Assembly: GCF_022539665.2 (NCBI RefSeq)
Contig: NC_081333.1
Span: 9,610,001 to 9,674,000, forward strand
Length of the DNA: 64,000 bases
Reading direction: 5' to 3'
Source: Daphnia carinata
Lineage: Eukaryota
Of the stretch, positions 52,969-64,000 are shown piece after piece. The position numbers were made by a program, and so were the translations under genes. How positions within the stretch are numbered: position 1 is the first letter of the stretch; each line of letters opens with the position of its first letter. The notes under the pieces were generated by a model. It had not been told where the DNA came from and did no database searches. It saw only the letters and a list, made by a program, of their open reading frames with translations.

Positions 52969-55900
52969 TCATTTTTCTCGTTTTTGTGCTTCGCGTCTCC
53001 ATTCGGCATATTCAGGTGGGGGGCGGGTAGGGAGAAGTTGGTCGCATTCATCGTTCAAAAGTAAGTCATGGCACAGACCAGAGTATTCTACATAATCACT
53101 AACCAGGCCTTGCCTTTTTAGAACCTTGTAGCAGTCTTCCCAAGTGTCCAAGGATGCTTTACCTTCATCAATGCAATACTTTTCTACTTGACGAAGTGTG
53201 AAGTCGAACCATTCACCAACCAATCCGTGGACAACTTCCAAGGCATCCTTAGTCACCTTAGTACGTGCATAGAAGCGGAAGTTGCCTTTGTTGGTTGCCA
53301 CACTCGCTATGTTATCTTCTTCTTTCTTTTTGATAATACGTGGTTTTCTCTTTGTGGTCGCTTTTTTTGCTGCTGCTGCTGCCTCCTCAGCCGCTTTTTG
53401 AGAGGCCAATTTCGCCTGTTGTAGACTCATCTTTGCTTGAAAGATTGGATCTGCCATCAGTCGTTCTTCAAATGGTACGAAATCCTTGGATCTATCTGGT
53501 ATCTCCTACTCATGAAAATACACAAACACGAATATACCATTAATATAGGATAGTTCGATGAACCTTTAAACAGAAATTACCTCGAAAGCAATTTTGATGC
53601 AGGCTGGTTTGGGCTTTAGATTGTCTTCCATGTCTTCCCATTCTGTATCTGAAGAATCCTGCATTTCATCAAACGCCGACAAAGCTATAGATTTCCCTTT
53701 TTTGGTATTCGAAAGGCTCAGTCCCTTGACGGATGGGACTTGTTTGGGAGTAGTGGCATTTTTGCCTGGAGACGCAACAATAGGAACCGATTGCTGTTGA
53801 TCTTTAACGGTCTTGCTGACGGCCTTTTGCACGGTCGACTTCATGACATTCATAAACATTGGACTCTGTGTCAGGGAGCGTGTTCGTTTTCTACCAAAAG
53901 GGGCAGGAGTTGACGGATGCGATGGGGTTCTATGAAGATTCTTTGGTGGAGTTGATTTCTCTTTAGTTTCACTAAACTGTGCCACTGTTTTAGGCGACTC
54001 TGGTGTGGTAAGTTTTGGAGAAGAGGGTACACGCAAAGGGGCACCTTGTTTATCTGGTACAATAGGCGACATGCTAAGTGTAACTCCAGCAAACGCACTC
54101 CCTCCTGCTACTATAGTGGAATTCTTCAAGGCCGGGTATCGATTAGCCGAAGTCATTTGCATGCTGCTGGACTTACGAGTGAACTGATTAAGTTCATGGG
54201 AAGAACGCGTCGCTGTTTTCGGGGACAAATGGTCGTCTTCTGCTTCAGCTTGCTTTTCTATTCCCTCAATAGCAGGGTCATCTTCGAAAACCTTGTCTTC
54301 TTCCATTGAATCAACATCAGTCGGAGGGGTTTCTTCAATCTCCTACCACGTTACATAAGAGACAGCAAACCTTCAGATGAGATTACGATACATGAAAAAA
54401 TAAAACTTACCACTTCGTCGATGGGAGGTAGACCATCTTCTGTAGCCGGCGTGGTTGCTGCGGAACTGTCTTTAATAATTGGAGTACTAAAATTAAGAGA
54501 TTTTCGTATTTGTCTTTTGGGAGATAACAAAACAGAAGAGGCTCTAGCTTCGATTGGTGCCAAAATAGGCGAGGCAATCTCCGTCACGGACAATGATGTT
54601 TTCATCTGCATTGGCAAGATGTCTTCAGAATCCTTTGTTACTTGGCCATCTATCCAAAATTGCTAAAAATGTTTAAAACGTAGACTACAACGACTTGTTT
54701 TATCTGTAACTCACCCAGTTCTGGATGTAGGATACTCTTCGGGTTAGGTTTTGATGTTACCGATGATCTGTTGGTGATTCGGCTAGAACTGCGCGATGCT
54801 TCGCGCTTTTCATGGGTAAGTTTCGATGGAGTTACGTTCAACGGGATACCAACTGCTTTGTCCGAATGGCTTCCTTCTACCCAGCATAACTAATATTAAA
54901 ATCAGGGGCTAAATTATGTATTACCTTAATACAAACCTGCTTCTGTATGTTCGATTATCCTATAATCTGCCATCGATGATCTCTTAGACATTTGTCTTGA
55001 ATTTTGTGGAATGACATCCATTTCCGTGACTAATGCCGTAAGACTTCTGTTCACCAACTGATGCGCAGATTCATCGGATTCACTGTGTTCTGTACAAGAG
55101 GAAATACAGACATATCAATCGAAATGTTAATAAAAAATTCACCACCAAAAATTTGTTTAACTAACTCAATTTTAGGGTAGGGGATTTCCTGGGGTTTGTT
55201 TTTGGAGAAACAAACGTTTTATCGATGGCTTGGCTAGAGCTACGTGTAACCCTTCTTAGTTGCTCGGGCAGAGGCGAAGGGGTGTTCTGACGCAGAAGTT
55301 CACCAGTTTCTTCTGAGACATTTCCTGCATAGCATAATTATAAAACAAGAGTCCTATGCACATAGGAAAACAAAAGTATTTGAGAATATAACAAACCTAT
55401 TGATGTCCGTATGGAAGCCTTCGACGTCGACGATCTATTAGGGGATTTTTGCGACTGAACAGTCTGGCTGAGTGTAGCCAGGAACCCAGTAACAGAAACT
55501 TTTTTCTGGGATCTTGTTCTTTGCATATGCCCAGGTCGGTAATACTCTTGATATTCCTGTGGACTTCCCAATACTGAAGGGACATCAGAAGTTGAATTGC
55601 TAACGCTGTCTGCGGCCAAACTTTCTACATTTTGCGAAACAAATGGACCGGACTCGATGGTTTCGTGTTTTTCTTTTGTTGAAATCAGAGAGTGCTTTGC
55701 AATACCTAGCAACTCTGACGATTTTCTGTTGGTGACTTGGATCGTTGAACGAGAGGATGAAAAATCATCTTCAACCGAGGGAATCTGACTTGGATTTTGC
55801 GGCATTTCATCAGTTTGCATGACTAAATCGGTAGAACTTTTGTTCACGAACTGACGCGCAGATTCGTCTGAGCCACTATGTTCTGTACGGAGAAAATACA

Positions 55901-57611
55901 GACATATAAATCAAGATGTTATTTTAAAAAATTCAACATAAATTCTTTTTTTTTTAACTAACTCGATTCTAGAGTAGGGGTTTTCCTGGGGGTTGTTTTT
56001 GGAGAAATAATCGTTTTATCGAAGGCTTGGCTAGAGCTACGTGTAACCCTTCTTAATTGCTCGGGCATAGGCGAAGGTGTGTTTTGACGCAGAAGTTCGC
56101 CGGTTGCTTCTGAGGTATTTTCGACAAAACATAGTTAAGAAAACAAGTTTCTGATGCACAAAGGAAAACAAAAGTATTTGGGAATATGGCAAACCTATTG
56201 ATGTCCGTTTGGAAGTCTTCGATGTAGACGATCTATTTGAAGACTTTCGCGACTGGAGATCAACAGTCTGGCTGAGGGTGGCCAAGAATCCAGTAACAGA
56301 AACTTTTTTCTTCGAGGGCATATGTCCGGGTCGGTAATATTCTTGATATTCCTGTGGACTGCCCAACACTGAAGGGACATCATAAGTTGAATTGCTAACG
56401 CTGGCTGACGCCAAATTTTTTCCATTTTGCGAAACAAACGGATCGGGTGGGATTGTTTCGTTTTTTTCTCTTATTGAATTCTGTAAATGTTTTGAAACTT
56501 CGGGCAGCCCTGACGAATTTCTGTTAATGACCTGGATAGTTGAACCAGGAGATGAGAAATCATCTGGAGATTCCAAGTCTGGCATGCCTTCATACAATTC
56601 AGAATCACTGTTGTTAGATGAAGGGGCATCAGACCCAATTTTAGAGGACGTTTTCTCTATCTGCGAGTGGGCTTCTACGGGGATAGAAAGCATCGATTCA
56701 AAGGCCGGGGACAATCGTGAGTTTTTCGAATGTGCATACTGTTCCGTAAGCATTGCCGATGGTGTAGTTGAATGATCCGTTGATTCATCTTCCGAGAGTT
56801 CACCAATTTGAAAGGAACGTTTATTCAAAATGCTTTTGAAGCCAGTAGAAGAGGCCCGTTTCTTTTCTACGCCAGTTCCGCGCTTTTCATAGCTGATATG
56901 CTCAAGGCTGTCTAGATGGGACAATACGCTAGTATTTTCCATGTTTGACGAATCATCTTTAATAATTTTTTTCTCAACTTTCTTTCCTAGAGTTTCTGCA
57001 AAATCAGATACAGATGTATTATTCTTTAATCTCCTTGGGCGGCGAGAAAGTGCCTCATCTGGGCTTCCTAATGTGGAAGCAATACTGGATTCATTCATAG
57101 TAACACTGCTCTCTTGTGGCTCTTGACTATGTATTGCTTTTGTGAATGCACTAACTGACATCCTTTTCTTGATTTTTAATTCGGTTTTTTGTGGAATAAC
57201 CAGATGAGGACTTTCTAGATTGGAGGGAAATACTAGTGTGTCCGAAACAGAATCACTTGAAGACATATCGATCTCTTCAACATTATTTCTTTTAGAACCA
57301 TTTCCATCATATTGCTCTTCATGGTCAGACTTTCTTTTCCAACCACTTCTCTGGCTGCTTTGGGGGCTTTTAGCCAAAGGTGTTGATTCTGGAATTTTTA
57401 TGAGACCGGAACTCTAAAACATAAAAAAACCTGTTTATTTACGAAAAATATGCGAGAAACACCAAAGCATAGAGTTGAATACCAGGGAAGACTTGTACAG
57501 CTCTTCAGGATCGGGCGAATCAACTAATGTTGCATGATCAAAGAAGTTTTCAATTGCATGTCGTGGTGTCATTGCCTCTACCCATTTACCAAGCTTTTCA
57601 TCCTTCGCCAT
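52969..57611 (-). CDS. CENPT: Centromere protein T-like: long disordered Ser-rich arm plus C-terminal histone fold
   Basis: C-terminus FRFYARTKVTKDALEVV..WFDFTLRQVEKYC..DCYKVLKRQGLVSD..LLLNDECDQLLP resembles the CENP-T histone fold and its extension (RQGLV..LP). N-terminal TPRHAIENFFDHA resembles vertebrate TPRTLLRRVLDTA. Many SP/TP sites. Confidence 0.72.
55000..56570 (-). repeat. ~790-bp intragenic tandem duplication (exons plus introns) in the CENP-T-like gene
   Basis: Matching landmarks offset by 793-794 nt (55067 vs 55860; 55757 vs 56551). The peptide DVPSVLGSPQEYQEYYRPGHM..KKVSVTGFLATLSQTV occurs twice. Confidence 0.9.
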
Positions 57612-58387
57612 TTTTTCTCACATTGATTGATTACGTTTTGTAGTAACACTGACGACTTTCGAAGCAAATTCGAACTGTTTGTAAGAAATTAAACAGTTGA
57701 GCATTGCCTGCTGCAAATACAGGCCAGGCTGACAGAAGTCGAACAAGAGTCAAACAGAGGTTACTATTATCCGTTATTCAAATTCAAACGTAAATTCACA
57801 TTGATCTCCTATACAGTAAAAATATGCTTAATTTAAGCACTGAGCGTTGCTAAAATATTTTATTATAACGACTCTATTCTTTTTTAGTGAGAAATCATGG
57901 TATTGGCGCTATATGACACAGCAAAACCTAGGAAAGGGGAACAAGAACGGCTTCGCGCGGCCTACGTTTTACCGATTTTACGAAGATCCTTTTTCCCGGC
58001 TTCCGCGTCCCGCCGAGAATATCATTAAAAATAATTAATATTGTAAGTTGTAATCACTGTAGGCTTTTCATAATCGAAAGTTTTAAAGAATCCAAATCTT
58101 TATTTACTATCATGTGAGCTTAGACAAAAGGTCAGAAAAGCCACCGCTAAAATCAGTAAAGTTATAGATTTGGCCATACCGATACTTTTTGATCGATATC
58201 TTACGTGATAATATTTATACTTTCCGATACTCGACACTTAAGATTAGTAGATAAAAATTACAAGAAGTCAAGAAAAACCAAAATATTGAGTGTAACCAGC
58301 TATCGGAATTGGTGTATTTTTTAAATATATTTAGTTCCAAATTTAAAACAGTTTGTGAATTATCAGCGCTGAATTTGACACTTTATT

Positions 58388-60092
58388 ATGGTAAGCTCGT
58401 ATGATGCATATAAATAGGGCTCCGTTAACAAACATTTATTGAAGGGAGCAAACGCGTCGCAGCTTGAAAAAGAGATTGGATCTGAGCAATTCCCGACAAA
58501 TGAACATTACTTTGGACTTGTCAATGTATTGTGAAAGAATGAAACGAACAGGGTGTTGAAAACTATATACAATAATAGTATTCTTTTTTTATAGTTTGGG
58601 AATACTTGCTATTCCAATTCCGTACTTCAAGCATTGTACTTCTGCAAACCATTTCGTGAGAAAGTTTTGGAATACAAGATGAAGAACAAAAGATCAAAGG
58701 AAACCTTGCTGACTTGTCTAGCTGATCTCTTTCACAACATTACCACACAGAAAAAAAAGGTTGGAACCATAGCTCCCAAAAAGTTCATTGCAAGGCTGAA
58801 GAAAGAAAAAGGCAACAAATTCTAATATATTCAATGTTTAAAACCTACATTTGTGGTCTAAACATATTTAGAAGAATTTGACAATTATATGCAACAAGAT
58901 GCCCATGAATTTCTTAACTTCTTGATCAACCATATAAGTGAAATTATAACAGGTGTGTTAGAATAGATGTGTTATGTGCATTTTTTTACACTTTGTATAC
59001 ATTGAGTATGTTGTTCTTCCCATAATAGCTGAACGACACCAATTAAATAATTCTGCGACTCCGACAACTAATGGAAAGGTGACAACTTCTAAAGAACCCT
59101 ATAACGGTTCGACGTCTTTAAAGTTTGATGGCAGCAATGGATCAATGACTTCAACTGGAAACCATGAATCAACATGGGTTCATGAAATATTTCAAGGAAT
59201 TCTCACCAGTGAAACACGCTGTTTGAACTGTGAAACCGTATGCATTGAGATTTTAGTTTTTATATTATTGTCGTAGAGAAACCCTATTTTGTTAAATTCC
59301 AATGACTACAGTTATTTTCTGTTTTTTCTTCTTCATTCATTCATTTCGCTAAATACAGGTCAGCAACAAAGAAGAAGATTTCTTCGATCTACAGGTTGAC
59401 GTTGACCAAAACACTAGTATTACCCATTGTTTAAGAACGTTCTCATCCACTGAAACCCTGTGCACCGACAACAAATTCAAATGTGATGTCTGCAGCTCTT
59501 ATCAAGTAAGATTTGCGGAAAACGTTAACATTTTTAAAATTAATTTTATACTTTCTTTACTGAAACAGGAAGCCCAGAAATGTATGAGGGTGAAGAAACT
59601 TCCCCTGATTCTTGCATTGCATCTCAAGCGGTTCAAATACGTCGAGCAATACAATCGTCATATAAAAGTATCACATCGCGTAGTTTTCCCGCTTGAACTT
59701 CGACTCTTCAACACCGTATGAATTTTTATGACAAGATAAGATTTTTATTTTAAATCATATGTTTTTAATTGCCAGTCTGAAGAGTGTCCTGACAGACTGT
59801 ATGATCTGGTTGCTGTGGTTGTCCATTGTGGAAGTGGACCTAACCGCGGTCACTACATTTCGATTGTCAAAAGCCATGACTTTTGGTTATTATTTGACGA
59901 TGATATAGTTGACGTATGGGAAATTCATGGTTATCATGTTCTTCTTATTTAATATTATTTTTATTCAATTATTTTTATGTACAGAAAATCGACCCATCTG
60001 CGTTGGAGGATTTCTATGGTCTAACGTCTGATGTACAAAAGGCCTCGGAAACTGGTTATATCCTCTTTTATCAATCTCGAGATACGTCTTGA
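58388..60092 (+). CDS. USP46: Ubiquitin carboxyl-terminal hydrolase 46/12
   Basis: ATG-only first coding exon, then [44 protein letters not shown] (Cys box), [34 protein letters not shown] (His box), [12 protein letters not shown]. Confidence 0.95.
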
Positions 60093-60952
60093 ACTTGAAT
60101 CGTATACGAGTACGAAGAGTTCTTGTTATCGACCAACTCTAAGACTTGTGGTTGCTAAGCAGGAGAATGATAGTGATGAGAAGCATTTGATTATGCTTGA
60201 TTAGAGACTTTTCAGTGAAAAGTGTTCCTTTTGTAAATGATTGATATCCTAGAAGTTTGTTCATAGTGATATTTCATTTGTTCAATAATAAAATTATAAA
60301 TTTCTGCCTACTTTAAAAATTTACACAAAAATTGCTGTTGATTTGGTTCAATGTGAAATTTTAAGTTGGTGTTTGAATATGAGTCCTTAACGCACATGCT
60401 CAAACTTATACTTCTACGTATTAGTATACGGCAACCATTTTTTGCGAAAAAAAATCAAAGGTACTGATTGACGCTCCGGCCCATGCCTAAGGAAGACGTT
60501 AAACATGCTAGCACACGAACATTTTTCTTTACGGTTTTTACGTCACGCTCAAAAATCCTTACGGTTTTCCTGTGCGTTTTTCTGGTAAATCGGTAGGTAC
60601 GTACATATGTAAGCTCCAAAACTTCGAAAACTTACTAATAAAAAGCAAGCAACTTAATTGGTTTGGGCCGTAGCTGAATTGACCTTTTTCGAAAAATCTG
60701 TTAGCCAATAAAGGGACGTTGATTTTACGTCAAATTTGTACGATAGAAAAATTTCCATAATGGTGCAATTCAATAATATACAGGAAGAAAACTCAAATTT
60801 CTTTATGAGCATGCTGTAGTGTGCTGTAAAACCATGTGTAAGACAAACCAATGCTAAAGCATTTGCTTTACCAACCACAGGAAAGACAAAACGTCGGCTG
60901 CACCGCGCCGCATTTCCATCAGGTGATCAGTATCAGTCGTTTTGAAGAAATC

Positions 60953-62552
60953 ATGGCCGCCTCCCGCCGGGTAAGTAGAACTTAATTCTTTACAATAGAA
61001 ATTACCGCTACTAGAATTTGGTATTTAGCAAGTATTTTAGGACAAGTAAGCTTTGCCCATTAAAGCCGTTGGAAATTTTACATTCGAAATTTATTATTAT
61101 TTATATAACCAGTAGTAGCGATCAAGGTTGGCAGTAATGGAGAAAATAAAAACTAACCTTTCTGTTTGACCAACCTTCAAATACAGACAACAGCATTGCT
61201 GAAATCTGTTGTAGGTTCTCAGCTGAGATCTTACTCAAAAGGAGTACGCACAGTAACTCTAATACCTGGAGATGGTATTGGTCCTGAAATTTCGGCAGCT
61301 GTTCAGAAAATTTTTGCAGTTGCAAAGGTTTAACTTAAACTTCAAATATTTCAGTACAAATATAATTTCCCAGTGATTAACATTTCTAATCATTCTTTTA
61401 AAACTTAGGTGCCTATAGAGTGGGAAGTTGTTGATGTAACCCCAGTGAGAGGCCCAGATGGAAAATTTGGTATTCCTCAGGCTGCCATAGACTCAGTGAA
61501 CAAAAACACTATTGGACTTAAAGGTCCTTTGATGACACCAGTTGGAAAAGGGCATAGATCTCTAAATTTGGCACTTAGGAAGTAAAAAAAAAACACAATT
61601 ATGTAACATATTTAACAAAGCTATTTTTAAAATAATGTACTTTTTTTTTTGTTACAGGGAATTCAATTTGTATGCTAATGTTAGGCCGTGTAAATCAATT
61701 GAAGGCTACAAAACTCTCTATGACGATGTAGATGTAGTAACTATTCGCGAGAACACAGAGGGCGAGTATTCCGGAATTGAGCACGAAATTGTTGACGGTG
61801 TGGTTCAGAGCATCAAGCTGATCACTGAAGGCGCTTCCCGGCGTGTTGCGGAATTTGCTTTCAACTATGCTCGTAGCAATGGAAGGCAAAAAGTCACAGC
61901 CGTTCACAAAGCCAACATTATGTAATACTGATTCATAGCAAACAAAAAAATTGATTCCATAAATAAATTGCCAATCCTTTACTTTTCTAGGCGTATGTCG
62001 GATGGTCTGTTCCTACGCTGTTGTCGTGAAGCCGCTGAAAAAAATCCTGACATCCGATTTGAGGAACGGTACCTTGATACAGTCTGCCTCAATATGGTTC
62101 AAGATCCTGGCATGTACGACGTGCTAGTTATGCCAAATTTGTACGGAGATATTCTCTCCGATCTTTGCGCTGGTCTCGTTGGAGGGCTAGGTCTCACACC
62201 ATCGGGAAACATTGGAACACAGGGAGCAATTTTCGAGTCCGTACACGGCACTGCACCCGACATTGCTGGTCAAGATAAAGCCAACCCAACGGCTCTTCTG
62301 TTATCGGCCGTGATGATGTTGCGTTATATGAATCTCCCAGACCATGCTGCAAAAATCGAAAGAGCTTGTTACTCTACTATTAAGGTAATTTTTACTTTCG
62401 AATTTTTCTTAATAGTTTGCTAAAACACTTGCCTGCTTTTTGCATTTGCTTTGTCTTCATAGGAAGGAAAGTATTTAACGGCTGATTTAGGAGGTAACGG
62501 GAAATGTTCCGAATATACGGATGAAATCTGCCAGAAAATAGCGGCAGAGTAA
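60953..62552 (+). CDS. IDH3A: Isocitrate dehydrogenase [NAD] subunit alpha, mitochondrial
   Basis: [104 protein letters not shown]. Confidence 0.96.
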
Positions 62553-62700
62553 TTCCGTAACGCAATCGGTTCTTGTATTAGAAGCTTGGCATACAATAAG
62601 TGATGTAACTAGTTGAAATGTGTTTGTTCTTAAATAGTAATATACCAAAATAGTTGCTTTACACCAACTAGTTGTAAAGATAGTTTATTTCATTGCTTGT

Positions 62701-63544
62701 TTATTTCCAATTATTCTTAATAAATACCAGCATGGCTATTACTGCTACACAGCAAGCTGCAGTTGCAGACATTTTCAGCAGTGTGTTCATAGAACTGTTC
62801 AAAACAGCTGTCTAGAAGTTATGTTGCATCAGAAACTGTAGAATATTTAGGGGCTACATTAATGAATTACCCATCCTCCTTGGCTGTGGATAAAGTTTGA
62901 GAATCTCCCAGATATATAATCTGTACTCCATTGTATGAGCTTGGAGAAAAGATTCAAAGTGTGGTTTTGCAATGCAAACAGAGCAACATCTGAACAAAAG
63001 AAAAAGACCACAAGTATGCGTTCTTTTGTTAAATTTCCTCCCTAGAAAAGGCAACAAGAAGTTTACATAACAAAAGCTTAAGTAATTTTAAGTTATAAAA
63101 ACAACACAAGATTTACTAAAGAGTTTTGAATTAGCATACACTGAACACCTCCTGTATCATTTCACTGAAGTTCTGGGCATTTAAAGTAGTCAAATCCACA
63201 TTTTGGGCTCTGTAACGAACTTCATTTCTGAGTGGTGAAAGGGAAAATTCATTGGCTAGTTGTCGCAAACTTGAAGCATTGCAAACCCACAAAGGATTGC
63301 TAAACTGAATGTCATCGAGCCTGTATGGAATGTGGCCGAATTAACATCGCAAAAAATCATGCAGTGTAAAGAAAACCAACGATGGGACATGCGGAACTGG
63401 TAATCCTTGCAACTGAATTTCTTCACGTACAAAATTAGCATATAGCTCTCGGCTTTGGGTCTGTAAATCAGCAATTGGTTCGGCTCCTTGTTCCGTCGAT
63501 AAAGAATTTTCGTTTTCACTCGGATCGCAAATTTTTCGCGCCAT
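62701..63544 (-). CDS. Bcl-2 family multi-BH protein with C-terminal transmembrane anchor (divergent)
   Basis: Four spliced exons: BH4-like SRELYANFVREEI, BH3-like LRQLANEF, BH1-like EVFS|GGNLTKERILVVFFF, BH2 FIHSQGGW| (intron directly after GGW, as is typical of the family), tail AACCVAVIAMLVFIKNNWK*. Confidence 0.82.
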
Positions 63545-64000
63545 GCTTTTATTTGGAATATATAATGGACCAATAATGAAGGGGTGATCGACAGTCCAAC
63601 CGGTAACTTCGATTACATATTACATCTACCCATGGGCTACTGTAATAAATTATATGATTAATACCAGTGCTAGCAGACGACGTAGTCAAGCGGAACAACA
63701 TTCGGGGGTAGAATTTGGCCCCTGCCTACCCATCGGTTCAGCCCCGTTCTTCCTTGTTTTTTTTACATGGTATAAATTTTTAAAATCTAAATTACGCAGT
63801 TGTATAAATAACAAGAAATTTATTTTCCGAAAGCAACTAATTTCCTTCACAACGGTACCAAAAAATAAACGCTACAAAGGCTTATTTAAAGCAGTTTAAC
63901 ACAACAACAATTAAATGATTTTGTTTGTTGGTTTACTGGTTCTACAATAGCTTAAGAGACGCGATCACAGTCCGCTAGAAGTCTCTGGCAAACGCCCCGT

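Noticed and set aside
57770..58015. CHR-like TTTGAA and E2F-like TTTTCCCGGC sites upstream of the CENP-T-like gene
   Set aside because: Consistent with a cell-cycle promoter, but too short and common in AT-rich DNA to support without TSS data.
63687..63734. Short minus-strand AUG ORF (MGRQGPNSTPECCSA*) upstream of the Bcl-2-like gene
   Set aside because: Could be a uORF, but the 5' UTR structure cannot be established from sequence alone.

Overview
Gene-dense eukaryotic DNA with very short (~60-80 nt) GT-AG introns. The style suggests a branchiopod crustacean such as Daphnia (inference, not provable from the window). Hand-spliced genes, in order: two tandem otopetrin proton channels (-); eIF4G2/NAT1/DAP5 (+); PYROXD2 (+) plus a decayed partial duplicate; a cluster of seven small secreted-protein genes (22.7-34.3 kb); PPT1 (+); an HBP1-like HMG-box repressor (+); glycogen phosphorylase (-) with a duplicated 3' end separated by a tandem palindromic repeat; MTERF4-like (+); a small secreted peptide (-); a divergent CENP-T-like kinetochore protein (-); USP46/12 (+); IDH3A (+); and a Bcl-2-family gene (-). 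Main observations: (1) NAT1 appears to start at ACG, in exact register with the vertebrate GUG start. (2) Glycogen phosphorylase has two tandem homologous exons that look mutually exclusive, with a candidate competing RNA pairing. (3) Two neighbouring, otherwise dissimilar prepropeptides both end in GFGGI(L/I)FG-stop, a candidate amidated peptide family; one is absent from the ORF track. (4) The CENP-T-like protein carries vertebrate-type and yeast Cnn1-type Ndc80-binding-like helices, amplified by internal duplication. (5) In the duplicated phosphorylase 3' end the exons are much more diverged than the intron and UTR. Exon boundaries and counts were read by hand, and reference sequences are quoted from memory.
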